A stretch of 64,000 nt of DNA from the NCBI GenBank assembly GCA_958295485.1, contig OY282354.1, positions 2,679,944 through 2,743,943 on the forward strand. The letters run 5' to 3'. The translations under genes and the position numbers were made by a program. This DNA is from an uncultured Gammaproteobacteria bacterium. Its GTDB lineage: Bacteria; Pseudomonadota; Gammaproteobacteria; Eutrophobiales; Eutrophobiaceae. The notes under the pieces are model-generated. The model searched no databases and was not told the DNA's origin. It worked only from the letters and a program-made list of their open reading frames with translations. Positions 38,231 to 49,468 of this stretch are shown here, piece after piece. Positions within the stretch are counted from its first letter, which is position 1. Every line of letters starts with the position of its first letter.

Positions 38231-39148
38231 TCATTGATTAACTAACCGTTTAGGCGCTACCCGACCGTCTGCAAGCACCTCGCCCACTCCTAAAAAACAA
38301 CTGTTTTCAGTATAAATTCTCAACATGCCCCGGGTTGGGGCCTGCGGCACCATCACCGGCTGACCCTGGCATAAGTAATATGAAACAGAATCGACCAGGC
38401 TTATCGCCGGCATATGTTGCAGGCCAGCGTCGATACCCAGGAGTTCAGCATCCAGGCTTGTCAACCCGGATTCAGCAATTGTTTCCAACCCACTCATTGT
38501 CAGTATATTTTCACTTGTGTACGACCCTACACCGATGCGTTTCAGTGTTTTCACATGTGCCCCACAACCTAATTCCTTGCCAATATCTTCAGCCAATGTT
38601 CGAATATACGTTCCTTTTGAGCACAATACCTCCAGCTCGAACTCATCATCCTGATAACCTAGTAAATTCAGGACATGGATTGTTATTTTCCGGGGTTCTC
38701 TCTCTACTTCCAACCCTTGCCGGGCCAGTTTATACAATCTTTGCCCTTTGTGTTTGAGTGCGGAAAACATCGGTGGGACCTGTAAAATACTGCCTCGAAA
38801 CCCTGTCAGGACCGCTTCCATTTTCTTTTGTGTCAATGTCGGCGCCACCTGTCGGGAAATAATCTCACCATCGGCGTCACCGGTAGTCGTTTGAATGCCT
38901 AGTTTGCAAACTGTCCGATAATGCTTGTCGGCATCAAGTAAAAACCCGGAAAATTTTGTGGCCTCGCCAAAACAAATCGGCAGCAGTCCCGACGCCATTT
39001 TATCCAGGCTGCCGGTATGACCCGCTTTTTTTGCTTTATATATGGACTTCACTTTTTGCAATGCTTCATTAGAGGTGAGTCCTACCGGTTTGTCCAGCAA
39101 TAATACGCCGTTTACTTTTCGGCCCTTCGACCGGCCTCTTTTAGTCAT
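38231..39148 (-). CDS. truB: tRNA pseudouridine-55 synthase
   Basis: KAGHTGSLD, PPMFSALK, CSKGTYIRTLAED. Confidence 0.96.
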   Translation of the reverse strand: MTKRGRSKGRKVNGVLLLDKPVGLTSNEALQKVKSIYKAKKAGHTGSLDKMASGLLPICFGEATKFSGFLLDADKHYRTVCKLGIQTTTGDADGEIISRQVAPTLTQKKMEAVLTGFRGSILQVPPMFSALKHKGQRLYKLARQGLEVEREPRKITIHVLNLLGYQDDEFELEVLCSKGTYIRTLAEDIGKELGCGAHVKTLKRIGVGSYTSENILTMSGLETIAESGLTSLDAELLGIDAGLQHMPAISLVDSVSYYLCQGQPVMVPQAPTRGMLRIYTENSCFLGVGEVLADGRVAPKRLVNQ

Positions 39149-39497
39149 TTTTTCGACTGACGGAAGCAATCAGATCCGATAAGCGGTTCGCCCTGGTAAT
39201 CGAATGGTCGAAAAGAAAGACTAATTCCGGCACGACGCGTAGCGGCAAAACCTTTGCCAGCAAATGACGAAAGTGTTTTACCTTCTTATTCAGTAAATTC
39301 GTAAGAACCTCTTCAGAAAGAACAGGTTCCAGGCAGGTAAAATAGATCTTGGCATTTTTAAGATCCGGACTGACGTCGACATATGAAACAGTAATCAATC
39401 CCGTTTCCGTAAATGACATTTCCCTTTGAATAATCGATGCAATTTCACGTTGCACCAGGTCCGCAACACGCTCATTTCGACCATATTCGCGCGGCAT
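39141..39497 (-). CDS. rbfA: Ribosome-binding factor A
   Basis: R..RVAD..QRE, VSPDL..AKIY, LR.VPEL.F..D; gene order. Confidence 0.95.
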   Translation of the reverse strand: MPREYGRNERVADLVQREIASIIQREMSFTETGLITVSYVDVSPDLKNAKIYFTCLEPVLSEEVLTNLLNKKVKHFRHLLAKVLPLRVVPELVFLFDHSITRANRLSDLIASVSRKND

Positions 39498-39526
39498 TGT
39501 CAGTTGTTGGCAGTTAAAACCGAAAA

Positions 39527-42109
39527 CTAAATACGATTGACTTCAACCCGCTCAAATACTTCAATCTGGTCACCTGGTTTTACATCGGTATAATTCTTTA
39601 CGCCTATGCCACATTCAGTGCCGGATTTAACCTCATTGACGTCATCCTTGAAGCGGCGTAACGACTCGAGTTCTCCTTCGTAAATGACAACATTTTCCCT
39701 GAGCACCCGAATCGGACTGGATTTACGAACGCCGCCGCTTGTTACGATACAGCCAGCGATATCCCCGAACCCGGGAGAACGAAATACTTCTTTTACCTCT
39801 GCAACGCCGATAATTCGCTCCCTGACTTCCGGTGACAATAAACCGCTTATCGCCGCTTTTACATCGTCGATAACATCATAAATTACGCTGTAATAGCGTA
39901 AGTCCACTCCTTCCTCATCAACCAGTTTCCTGGCCGCGCCGTCGACCCGCACATTAAACCCGATGACCATTCCATTTGCAGTCAGCGCCAAATTTATGTC
40001 CGATTCCGTTATACCGCCGACACCGACGCTGATGATATTAACCGAGACTTCATCCTGGCTCAGCTTTCGCAATGACTCCGACAATGCTTCTGCAGAACCC
40101 TGGACGTCGGCTTTTATAAGAACGTTTATCGAAGCGCCGTCGGCATCACCCATTTGTGATATCAAGTTGTTCATTTTAGACGCCTGTTGCTTCGCCAATT
40201 TGACCTCCCTGTACTTGCCTTGGCGAAACAATGCGATTTCCCTGGCCTTACGCTCATCAGGCGCAACTATCATATCATCGCCGGCATTAGGCGTGCCTGA
40301 CAAGCCAAGCACTTCGACGGGAATTGAAGGGCCGGCCGCATTTACTTCATTGCCATTTTCGTCATACATTGCCCGGACCCGGCCAAACTCATGTCCCGTC
40401 AAGATCACGTCGCCTTTGCTCAGCTCACCACTTTGCACGAGGATGGTAGCGACAGGCCCTCTCCCTTTATCCAACCTTGATTCAATTACCGTCCCGGAAG
40501 CAGGGCCAACCTGTATCGCCCTGAGCTCCAATATTTCAGCCTGCAGCAAGATACTGTCAAGCAGGTGATCGATACCCTCCCCCGTGACGGCGGACATGTT
40601 GACAAACATGGTATCGCCGCCCCAATCCTCGGGGACTACTTCAAATTTTGACAATTCCTGTTGCACGCGCCCAGGCTCGGCATCAGGTTTGTCGATCTTG
40701 TTTATCGCGACGATCAAGGGGACGGAACCGGCCTTGGCATGTTGTATGGCTTCTTCAGTTTGCGGCATCACGCCATCGTCTGCCGCAACGACAAGGATGA
40801 CAACGTCCGTTACCTTGGCGCCCCTGGCCCGCATTGCCGTAAATGCCTCATGCCCCGGTGTATCCAGGAAGGTGATGTTGCCTTTATCGGTTTTGACATT
40901 GTAAGCGCCGATGTGTTGGGTAACGCCCCCTGCTTCACCGGCAGCGATCTTGCTCTGCCTGATAAAATCCAATAGTGATGTTTTGCCATGGTCGACGTGG
41001 CCCATGATCGTTACGACGGGCGCCCGGGCAACTCCATCACCCTGGATGCGACTCGATTGAATGATTTCTTCTTCCAGGGCATTTTCCTTAAGCATTTTTG
41101 CCTTGTGACCCATTTCCTCCGCGACTATTGCAGCCGTATCCTGGTCAATCGTTTGATTAATGGTTACCAAGCTGCCAAGATTCATCATTACCTTGATGAC
41201 CTCGGCGCCTTTTACCGACATGCGTTGAGCCAATTCGGAAACAGTAATGCTTTCCGGAATTTCCACTTCACGCACTATGGGCACGGTCGGTCTTTCAAAA
41301 CCATGTTGCGCCGGCCTGTTGACGACCTGTCTTGTTCTTTGCTTTTTCTTCCTGCGACCCGATTTATCTGAAGAAACATGTAATTCTTCGCGATGAATCC
41401 TGGCTGGTTTTTCATCGCTGACTGGCGGCGGTGGCGGTGGCGGCGGGGCTTCCGGCAACGGAAACACATTGTCAAAATGCGGGGCGGGGGCTTCCGTACT
41501 GGTTTCTGCACTGGCTTGTGACGCTTCCCCGCTACTCTCATCCTCATAGGCGCCACCATCTGCGGAAGCCGGTTCACTATGAGTCCCGCCATCTCCAACT
41601 GGCGCGGCTTCGGGGACTGCCGCTACCTCTTGGCTCTCAACCAATCCTTTTGCCTGTTCTTCCAGTTTTTCAACGGCTTCTTTTTCTTCCCTGATCTTTT
41701 CTTCAGCTTGTCTTGCAAGTTGTTCGGCTTCGGCTTTTGCCCGATCTTCGAATTCCTTTACTCTTTGCGCCGCCGCTTCTTCGATTACGCTTCGCTTGAT
41801 ATATGTTCGTCGCTTTCTAACCTCTACGTTGACAGTTTTTGAGCGTACCTTGTTACGGATGCCCTGACCTGACACCGGCACTTTGATTTCACTGATGGTC
41901 TTTCTTCTTAATGTTATTTTTTTAGGCCCTGACTCATCATCTTTTCCATGTTTACGCCTCAGGTAGCCGAGCAGTTCAGTCTTCTCGTTATCGGATATCC
42001 TGTCCTCTGCGGATTTGCCTGACAAACCGGCTTTTTCAAGTTGTTCAATCAACTTTTCTACCGATATCTTAATGACATCAGCATATTGTTTTACCGTGAC
42101 TTCAGGCAT
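39527..42109 (-). CDS. infB: Translation initiation factor IF-2
   Basis: [33 protein letters not shown]. Confidence 0.98.
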   Translation of the reverse strand: MPEVTVKQYADVIKISVEKLIEQLEKAGLSGKSAEDRISDNEKTELLGYLRRKHGKDDESGPKKITLRRKTISEIKVPVSGQGIRNKVRSKTVNVEVRKRRTYIKRSVIEEAAAQRVKEFEDRAKAEAEQLARQAEEKIREEKEAVEKLEEQAKGLVESQEVAAVPEAAPVGDGGTHSEPASADGGAYEDESSGEASQASAETSTEAPAPHFDNVFPLPEAPPPPPPPPVSDEKPARIHREELHVSSDKSGRRKKKQRTRQVVNRPAQHGFERPTVPIVREVEIPESITVSELAQRMSVKGAEVIKVMMNLGSLVTINQTIDQDTAAIVAEEMGHKAKMLKENALEEEIIQSSRIQGDGVARAPVVTIMGHVDHGKTSLLDFIRQSKIAAGEAGGVTQHIGAYNVKTDKGNITFLDTPGHEAFTAMRARGAKVTDVVILVVAADDGVMPQTEEAIQHAKAGSVPLIVAINKIDKPDAEPGRVQQELSKFEVVPEDWGGDTMFVNMSAVTGEGIDHLLDSILLQAEILELRAIQVGPASGTVIESRLDKGRGPVATILVQSGELSKGDVILTGHEFGRVRAMYDENGNEVNAAGPSIPVEVLGLSGTPNAGDDMIVAPDERKAREIALFRQGKYREVKLAKQQASKMNNLISQMGDADGASINVLIKADVQGSAEALSESLRKLSQDEVSVNIISVGVGGITESDINLALTANGMVIGFNVRVDGAARKLVDEEGVDLRYYSVIYDVIDDVKAAISGLLSPEVRERIIGVAEVKEVFRSPGFGDIAGCIVTSGGVRKSSPIRVLRENVVIYEGELESLRRFKDDVNEVKSGTECGIGVKNYTDVKPGDQIEVFERVEVNRI

Positions 42110-43625
42110 CTATCGCTCCCTGACTGCTGTTTTCCTCCGCTTCAAACCAGGGAATACGGGCAGTCATAATAAGTTCACCGGCTCTAACCTTATCCAACCC
42201 CTCTATATCGAGCAATTCATCTACTGATTGTTCGGCCAGATCTTCCATGGTAACCAAGCCCCGGCCGGCCAGCTCATATGCCAATGCCTCATCCATGCCA
42301 TCCATGCTCAACAAGTCATCGGCTGGTTTTACATCCACCAGTTTTTCCTCACTGGCGATAGCGCGCGTCAGCATGATATCCTTGGCCCTGTCCCGTAGTT
42401 CTTTTATCAGGTCTGCGTCGAATTCTTCTATGTCAACCATCTCGTTCTCAGGCACATAGGCTATCTCTTCGACACTGGAAAACCCTTCTTGTACAAGTAT
42501 CACGGCTATTTCTTCATCGACGTCCAATTGTTCCATGAACATCTGTTGCAGCGCTTGAGATTCAGCTTCGGTTTTCTCATCCGCCTGCTCCACCGACATG
42601 ACGTTGAGTTCCCACTGCGTCAGTTCGCTGGCAAGTTTGACGTTTTGACCGCCCCGGCCGATTGCCTGGGACAGGTTTTCTTCAGACACGGCAACATCCA
42701 TGCTATGTGAATCCTCATCAACCAGGATGGAGGCTACCTCAGCCGGCGCCATGGCATTTATGACGAATTGCGCGGGATTCTCATCCCAGAGTATGATGTC
42801 TACCCGTTCACCACCCAACGCATTGGAAACCGCCTGTACCCTGGAACCTCTCATGCCTACGCAAGCGCCGATTGGGTCGATCCTGGGGTCATTCGCCTTG
42901 ACTGCTATCTTGGCCCTGGAACCGGGGTCGCGCGCGCCGTTTATTATTTCTATTAATCCTTCGTTAATCTCCGGCACTTCAATCTTGAACAGTTCTATGA
43001 GCAACTCGGGGACTGTTCGACTCAGAAACAACTGCGGGCCTCGATTTTCAGGTTTCACGGCACGTAAATAAGCGCGAATTTGATCCCGCGGCCTGACTGC
43101 TTCCCTGGGAATCATTTCATCTCTCGGTATAAACGCTTCCGCATTGCCGCCTAAATCTAAAACGACATTGCCTCTTTCCACTTTTTTCACAAACCCGATG
43201 ACCATCTCACCGACCCGATCTATATAGGCGTCGAAGACTTGTTTGCGTTCCGCCTCCCGCACCTTTTGCATAATCACCTGTTTTGCGGTTTGCGCGGCGA
43301 TCCTGCCAAACTCGACCGATTTCACCGGTTCTTCGACAAATTCCCCAACCTCTATGTCTTCTTGCTCTGAGATTGCATCAGACAGCTGCACCTGTCTCGC
43401 CGGGAATTCCAATGGCTCAGGACTATCTTCGACTACTTCCCATTGTCTGAATGTCTCGTAGTCACCCGTCTCATGATCTATCGATACGCGCACTTCAATA
43501 TCTTCACGCCGGCGCTTCTTCGTGGCGCTGGCCAGTGCTGCTTCTATAGCTTCAAATATGATTTCCTTGGCAACGCCCTTTTCATTGGAAACCACGTCCA
43601 CTACCATTAAAATTTCTTTATTCAT
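42102..43625 (-). CDS. nusA: Transcription factor NusA
   Basis: [34 protein letters not shown]. Confidence 0.98.
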   Translation of the reverse strand: MNKEILMVVDVVSNEKGVAKEIIFEAIEAALASATKKRRREDIEVRVSIDHETGDYETFRQWEVVEDSPEPLEFPARQVQLSDAISEQEDIEVGEFVEEPVKSVEFGRIAAQTAKQVIMQKVREAERKQVFDAYIDRVGEMVIGFVKKVERGNVVLDLGGNAEAFIPRDEMIPREAVRPRDQIRAYLRAVKPENRGPQLFLSRTVPELLIELFKIEVPEINEGLIEIINGARDPGSRAKIAVKANDPRIDPIGACVGMRGSRVQAVSNALGGERVDIILWDENPAQFVINAMAPAEVASILVDEDSHSMDVAVSEENLSQAIGRGGQNVKLASELTQWELNVMSVEQADEKTEAESQALQQMFMEQLDVDEEIAVILVQEGFSSVEEIAYVPENEMVDIEEFDADLIKELRDRAKDIMLTRAIASEEKLVDVKPADDLLSMDGMDEALAYELAGRGLVTMEDLAEQSVDELLDIEGLDKVRAGELIMTARIPWFEAEENSSQGAIDA

Positions 43626-43636
43626 GAAAATACCGA

Positions 43637-44092
43637 TTAATATTCTTGAGGCGCTATTCTCGCCTTGTCTATCTCCTCCACAGGAATATGAAATTCTTCT
43701 CCTGCTTCATCCAATACAACCTTACCTTCGCATACTTTTTCTATACGCCCGGTAATGCGTTTACGACCCCTGCGCGGCCTGGACAACTTGATCTTTACCA
43801 TCTCTCCGACAAACTGTTCATATTGGGCTGAGGCAAATAACGGCCGGTCCAACCCGGGCGATGAAACCTCCAATTGGTAACCCCCCGCGATGGGATCTTC
43901 AACATCCAGAACACCGGCTACCCGGTTACTCACCCTTGCGCAATCTTCCAGTGTGACGCCTGGTTCACTGTCTATATAGATTCGGAGCAGCGACCCCCGT
44001 CTTTCCGTCAGGTGTTCCATGCCCCAGAAGACGTAACCCATATCCGCGATCACGGGTCTTAACAACGCATCCAGATCAGGTTTCTTACGCAT
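43637..44092 (-). CDS. rimP: Ribosome maturation factor RimP
   Basis: LRIYID, LDVEDPI...[13 protein letters not shown]. Confidence 0.95.
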   Translation of the reverse strand: MRKKPDLDALLRPVIADMGYVFWGMEHLTERRGSLLRIYIDSEPGVTLEDCARVSNRVAGVLDVEDPIAGGYQLEVSSPGLDRPLFASAQYEQFVGEMVKIKLSRPRRGRKRITGRIEKVCEGKVVLDEAGEEFHIPVEEIDKARIAPQEY

Positions 44093-44102
44093 CAGTCTAA
44101 AA

Positions 44103-44128
44103 CAAAAAATGGGCATAAAGCCCACTTT
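44103..44128 (-). terminator. Hairpin plus U-tract just upstream of rimP
   Basis: Minus strand AAGTGGGC-TTTAT-GCCCATTTTTTGTTT. Confidence 0.55.
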
Positions 44129-44687
44129 CATAACTCCTTGATAAATATAACTATTTCAGACAGAACACCAATTCCTTACCATCTGTTCCCCCATTGTCTG
44201 CTGCCTGTTTTCCGTATGGCGGCAGGGACGCACAACCAGCTTATCCCGCTCTTTCAAGCAACTGATCTGCCGGCGCCCCGAAAAAATACCCCAAGCTGTT
44301 GACTTATCTGAGAATACCCGGATAGATATCGGTGTGTTAGCGCCTGTGCTCTCTACCAAGGCGGCGCAGTATATCAGAGGAGTTTGCATGATGGCAACCG
44401 ATAAGAGAAAGCAACCGTCCCCTTTTTGCTTACGCTTTACCGATATAGTAAAATACCAACAAGAAACGGGCTGTCAAACGAAGGGAAGAAAGAGAACTAT
44501 TGGAGCAATCGGAAGAAACTGTAAGAACGTCGTCTACAAAGTCCGGTCTAAATAGCCTTAGTCAATGGCAATCTATCGGGCGTGAAACACTGGCGGTGGA
44601 AAATGCAGCAAAACGGGATATCAATATCCAGGTTTGATGGCGCGCCCCTCTTAATAACTACAGGAAATAAACAGTGGGAGAATTTTC

Positions 44688-46349
44688 GTGGCATATTTTA
44701 TAAAGCTTTTTGTAATGCTTTGGGTCTTGACTGTCGGCGCGGCGCTTTCTGCACCGGTAAATGCCCAATCTGCTTTATCGGATTCATACACACCCGGGCT
44801 GTATGCGGTGGGGGTGAAGATGAACTTTGTGAAGGATTTTTCCCGTCCATTCGATGCCTGGGGATCGCAATATAAAAACGCCGCTTATCAGGAGCTATTG
44901 GCAAAGATCAATGCCAGTGGCGAGCCGAGCACAGTCGCTACCAATATTTATTATCCCTCCCCATCCAGTGGCGTGCGCGTGAAGCGACAGGAAACTTTAC
45001 GCCCTGCGGCTTTATGGGCGGCGACAAGCGGTCAACGTCAAACAACCAATGATATGTTTAACGGCAATACAGGGTTGGCTAAAAAAATGTCAGGGGATTT
45101 GGGGCTGCATAGTTATCAAAGCTACGTCGATGCGCCGCTGTCCGAGGGACAATTCCCGCTGGTTGTCATGATTCACGGCTTAACGGGCGGTTTAAGAGAT
45201 TGGAACCGTGCCGCGGAATATCTCGCCAGCCACGGTTATATCGTTGTCACACTGGCTTACTCTTCGGACAGTATGTCCACGCCGGTTTTTGAAGATCCCA
45301 ATTCATTTTTCGCCAAAACCATCAGTGATAAGGAGCGTATGGCGGCTTATAAGCTTCGCGCCTCCCAGACTGGCGCAACTGTCTTTAATAATTTCTTTAA
45401 ATTTCTTTACGGTTATGAAGCAGATTTTAAAGGTTTTGATGACATTCCTGATCCTTCGACGCTGAAAGCGCGCAAAGGCGGTGGCATTAAATCCGCAAAG
45501 ATGATGGCAGATTTGTTTGAACAACGCACAGAGGACCTGAACGCGGTTATCCAGGAGATGAAAATTTTAAGCAGTCCGGCATCATTTTGTAAAAAAACTC
45601 TTGAAAGAAACGGTGTTCAAAAAGATATTTGTGGCTTTTTTGCAGGTTCGGTTGATTTCGATCATATCGGCGTTATGGGGCATTCTTTGGGTGCGATTAC
45701 AGCACAATCGGCTCTTGCTTTTCTGCCGGATGTCGATACGGCGATTGCCTTTAATAACGGCATGCCAAAGCGCTGGGAACCTTATGGTGGCCTTCCGAAT
45801 GCATCAGAAGGTGATTTACCCGATGGGGTGCCTGAAGATTTTATGATCGTGATCGGATCAGATGATTATTTCGTGCATATGGTTTTCCAGGATATACATT
45901 TGAAATGGTTTGAAGAGGCAGGTGGTGATATCAACGAAACCTTTCCACTTGCAATTGAACAAGTCCGGCCTACCGAAGATAATCCGCAGCCCGTAGCCCG
46001 TGCCGCCTATGAGCGAGCGCAAGCGGCCAAAGTCTTGGTCATGTTTCGGGATCAAGGACACGGCACGGCAACCGACAGTGAGTTTGACCCTGAAAAACCA
46101 GGAAAAACGCATCGGGGTAAACGCGTTCCGCTTAACCGGAATGCAAAGAAACCTGAAACCTACACGATTTCCCCGTGGGTGAAGGACGGTGATAATGATG
46201 TCTTCCTGCCGCACCAGATGCGCAACTATTTCATCACGGCATGGTTCGACTGGCAGCTTAAAGGTAATGAATCTGCAAAGGCGAAACTCCTCAATCATCC
46301 GTTTGAAAATGGTGTAAAGCAGCTTTTACACGAAAAGATAGCCAATTAA
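44688..46349 (+). CDS. Secreted alpha/beta-hydrolase (PAF-acetylhydrolase-like)
   Basis: Signal peptide, FPLVVMIHG, EYLASHGYIV, nucleophile elbow MGHSLG. Confidence 0.8.
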   Translation: MAYFIKLFVMLWVLTVGAALSAPVNAQSALSDSYTPGLYAVGVKMNFVKDFSRPFDAWGSQYKNAAYQELLAKINASGEPSTVATNIYYPSPSSGVRVKRQETLRPAALWAATSGQRQTTNDMFNGNTGLAKKMSGDLGLHSYQSYVDAPLSEGQFPLVVMIHGLTGGLRDWNRAAEYLASHGYIVVTLAYSSDSMSTPVFEDPNSFFAKTISDKERMAAYKLRASQTGATVFNNFFKFLYGYEADFKGFDDIPDPSTLKARKGGGIKSAKMMADLFEQRTEDLNAVIQEMKILSSPASFCKKTLERNGVQKDICGFFAGSVDFDHIGVMGHSLGAITAQSALAFLPDVDTAIAFNNGMPKRWEPYGGLPNASEGDLPDGVPEDFMIVIGSDDYFVHMVFQDIHLKWFEEAGGDINETFPLAIEQVRPTEDNPQPVARAAYERAQAAKVLVMFRDQGHGTATDSEFDPEKPGKTHRGKRVPLNRNAKKPETYTISPWVKDGDNDVFLPHQMRNYFITAWFDWQLKGNESAKAKLLNHPFENGVKQLLHEKIAN

Positions 46350-46435
46350 TGATTTCGAGAAAAGCAGTAAAGGCGGTTAAGAGAGATAAAGAAATTAAAA
46401 AGGAACTTGTCAAGTAAGTAAAAGCCGGCGCCGTC

Positions 46436-48151
46436 ATGAAAAAAATACTTCTATTATTATCTGCCGTCGCTTTGTTGCCGCAAACTGCGGGCGCTGTAGA
46501 AACGATCTATACCAACGCCGATATTTACACGGTTGAAAAGGAGGCGCCACAGGCGCAAGCCATGGCGGTTTCGAATGGTAAAATTGTCGCTATTGGAACG
46601 CAAAAGGAGGTTGCACAGCGCAAAACGGAACAAACCAGGATCGTTGACCTGCAAGGCCGGTTTGTCATGCCGGGCTTTGTGTCTTCACACATTCATCCGG
46701 GCGTTGCGGCTTTGATGGGAACAGGCGTCCAGCTCGTCGGGGTTAACGATAAGCAGGAGATTTTAAACACTTTGCGCGATTATGACACGGCTCATCCGGG
46801 GAACGAACCTATCCTCGGTTTTGGATGGTCGCCATCTGTGTTTGGCGCTGAAGGGCCAACAGCCGCATTTCTTGATCAGGCTGTAAAAACACGCCCCGTA
46901 TTTCTTGTTGCGTCGGATGCCCACAGTGGTTGGGTCAATACAGCCGGCCTCGAGTTTTTAGGTATTGCCAAAGACACGCCCGACCCTGTTCCCGGCGTGC
47001 ATTATTATAAGCGCGATGCAGGGGGAAATCCGACGGGATGGCTGGTAGAAGCCAGCGCCTTCTGGCCGGCGCTCGGCAAAATGGGACTAGGTTCGACAGA
47101 GCGTTTTATTCAGGCTTATCAGGGTTTTCTTCCAACACTCAGCAGCATCGGTATTACCACCGTACTTGATGCTGGCGTGCCTATTATTGAGAAACCGGCA
47201 TTTGATGCGCTTTTGGCGCTGGAAAAGCGCGGCGAACTGCCTGTGCGTTACTATGCCAGCCATTTTCTTGTCACCCAAAAGGATGCGGCCAGCGCAAAGG
47301 AAGACTTCTTAAACCTGCGCGAGACATACAACACGGGGCGCGTGAAAATGTATGCGATGAAAATCAGCAATGACGGCACAATTGAAGCCTCTACCGCCGC
47401 TCTCATTGACCCCTATCACACTCCTCAGGATGATGGGCACGCGCATTATGGCAACGTCTTGTTTAGTGAAGACGAACTTTATGCGCTTATCAAACCGCTG
47501 GATGATGCTGATATACCCATAATGATCCATGCTATCGGCGACCGCACTTCCCATGAGGCAATCAATGTTCTGGCGCGGATTGAACGTGAAAATCCGAACG
47601 GCGCAGCGCGGCATTCGATTACGCATTTACAACTCATGAAAGACGGCGATGCAGAGCGTATGCGAGAGGCGGGTATTATCGCGCAAATCTCTCCGCCCTG
47701 GGCACAGGATGCGAATTTGTCGCTTGCTACATGGAAAACGCTTTTGGGGGAAGAACGTTCAGTAAAGCTGATGCGCTTTAAAGATATGTTCGATGCCGGC
47801 GTTACCGTGTCTATGGGAAGTGATTTTCCTGCTTCCGGCGTTGGGTTTCTTGAAAGCTCACCGCTTTATGGCATTGATGTGGGCATGACCCGCAAGCTGA
47901 CCGGACAACCCGACAGTATTGTTCTGCCGAGCGCCGAGCAGCGCCTTGACCTGGAACAGCTTATTTGGGGCTATACAATGGGTAGCGCTTATCAATTGGC
48001 CGCAGAAAACGAGATTGGTTCTCTGAAAGCCGGAAAAAACGCAGACTTTATTGTGCTTAGTCACAACCCGTTTGAACTTGAACCGGAACAAATTCATACA
48101 ATCAACGTTCTACAAACAGTTGTTGGCGGAAAAACTGTTTTTGAGCATTAA
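46436..48151 (+). CDS. Secreted amidohydrolase (Amidohydro_3/YtcJ-like)
   Basis: DL.GRFVMPGFV.SH.H, H..WVN, IHAIGD, GSDFP, IGSLK.GKNADF. Confidence 0.88.
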   Translation: MKKILLLLSAVALLPQTAGAVETIYTNADIYTVEKEAPQAQAMAVSNGKIVAIGTQKEVAQRKTEQTRIVDLQGRFVMPGFVSSHIHPGVAALMGTGVQLVGVNDKQEILNTLRDYDTAHPGNEPILGFGWSPSVFGAEGPTAAFLDQAVKTRPVFLVASDAHSGWVNTAGLEFLGIAKDTPDPVPGVHYYKRDAGGNPTGWLVEASAFWPALGKMGLGSTERFIQAYQGFLPTLSSIGITTVLDAGVPIIEKPAFDALLALEKRGELPVRYYASHFLVTQKDAASAKEDFLNLRETYNTGRVKMYAMKISNDGTIEASTAALIDPYHTPQDDGHAHYGNVLFSEDELYALIKPLDDADIPIMIHAIGDRTSHEAINVLARIERENPNGAARHSITHLQLMKDGDAERMREAGIIAQISPPWAQDANLSLATWKTLLGEERSVKLMRFKDMFDAGVTVSMGSDFPASGVGFLESSPLYGIDVGMTRKLTGQPDSIVLPSAEQRLDLEQLIWGYTMGSAYQLAAENEIGSLKAGKNADFIVLSHNPFELEPEQIHTINVLQTVVGGKTVFEH

Positions 48152-48191
48152 ATTTATGAAGCGGCAGCAAGGAAAACTTCGGGGGATAAAG

Positions 48192-48268
48192 TGGTAGCGG
48201 GGGCAGGATTTGAACCTGCGACCTTCGGGTTATGAGCCCGACGAGCTGCCAGACTGCTCCACCCCGCA
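48192..48268 (-). tRNA. tRNA-fMet (CAT), initiator
   Basis: TGCGGGGTGGAGCAG...TCGGG-CTCATAA-CCCGA...GTTCAAATCC...ACCA; three G:C pairs in the anticodon stem, 1:72 mismatch. Confidence 0.96.
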
Positions 48269-48322
48269 ATAATTTATCGCATGCTACAGGAAACTATTAT
48301 GGTTTTCAAGTTGAATTCCGGA

Positions 48323-49408
48323 TTACAGGAGATCCCGCTGTTCTTTCAGTACTACTTTTTGGCGTCTTGGCCCCCAGGCGCCGGGGCTATCTTCAAAGAC
48401 GCCGGGACATTTCGTCCCGCAGCGCCGGCAATGCCCCCCAGCCGTTAAATGCCATTCTTTCAGTACGTACCAGTCCCTGCAGATAAGTAATTTTCCACAA
48501 GACCGGCAATAAGTGCTGCCGCCGCGGCTGTCATGCACGTTTCCCGTGTAAACAAATTTGAGGCCGTTTTCAAGCGCTATCTGCCTCGCCCGCGACAATG
48601 TCGAAAACGGTGTGTTGTTTTTATCACGCATTTTCCAGTCAGGGTGAAATGCGGTAAAGTGCAGGGGGACGTCTGTACCCAGATTATCGAATATCCACTG
48701 TGTCATCGCTTCGATTTCCCGGCTGCCGTCATTCTCATCCGGTATCAGCAGGTTGGTAATCTCAAACCACACCTGGGTCTCCTGCTTCAGGTACAGCAAA
48801 GTTTCCAATACCGGCTGTAATTGACCCCCGGTCACGTATTTATAAAATTTCTCCGTGAAGGCCTTGAGATCCACGTTGGCTGCGTCCATGTACTGAAAAA
48901 ATTCCCGGCGGGGTTCTTCGCAGACGTAGCCCGCCGTCACCGCAACGGATTTTATTCCCCGTTCCCTGCAAGCCGCCGCCACGTCAATGGCGTACTCGTG
49001 AAATATCACCGGGTCATTATAGGTATAGGCGATTGACCGGCAACCCAATTTCACTGCGGTTTCGGCTAATTCCACCGGTGAAGCGGCATCAGCCAGCGTA
49101 TCGATTTTACGGGACTTGCTGATATCCCAATTTTGACAGAATTTACAGGCCAGGTTACAACCTGCCGTACCGAATGACAGCGCCGGGGTACCGGGGATGA
49201 AATGGTTCAACGGTTTTTTCTCAATCGGGTCGATACAGAACCCGCTGGAACGGCCATAGGTAGTCAAGACGATTTGATCATCCTGGCATGCCCGCACGAA
49301 ACAAAGTCCGCGCTGGCCATTGTGGAGCCTGCAAGCCCTGGGGCATAAATCACATTGGATTCTGTTATCATCCAATTTATGCCAATATTTAGTCGAGACC
49401 ACGCTCAT
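48323..49408 (-). CDS. amrS: AmmeMemoRadiSam system radical SAM enzyme
   Basis: C..CPR.C, DPIEKKPL.HF, GCNLACKFCQNWDIS, YTYNDP, HFTAFHP, VYTGNV. Confidence 0.93.
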   Translation of the reverse strand: MSVVSTKYWHKLDDNRIQCDLCPRACRLHNGQRGLCFVRACQDDQIVLTTYGRSSGFCIDPIEKKPLNHFIPGTPALSFGTAGCNLACKFCQNWDISKSRKIDTLADAASPVELAETAVKLGCRSIAYTYNDPVIFHEYAIDVAAACRERGIKSVAVTAGYVCEEPRREFFQYMDAANVDLKAFTEKFYKYVTGGQLQPVLETLLYLKQETQVWFEITNLLIPDENDGSREIEAMTQWIFDNLGTDVPLHFTAFHPDWKMRDKNNTPFSTLSRARQIALENGLKFVYTGNVHDSRGGSTYCRSCGKLLICRDWYVLKEWHLTAGGHCRRCGTKCPGVFEDSPGAWGPRRQKVVLKEQRDLL

Positions 49409-49468
49409 GTCGCAATTGAAATACCATTGTTACTGACAGATAATATGATAGTGAAAACTCTGACCAGA

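Noticed and set aside
44131-44700. att-site duplication of the tRNA-fMet 3' end
   Set aside because: I found no copy of TGGTAGCGGGGG or similar at this boundary by eye.
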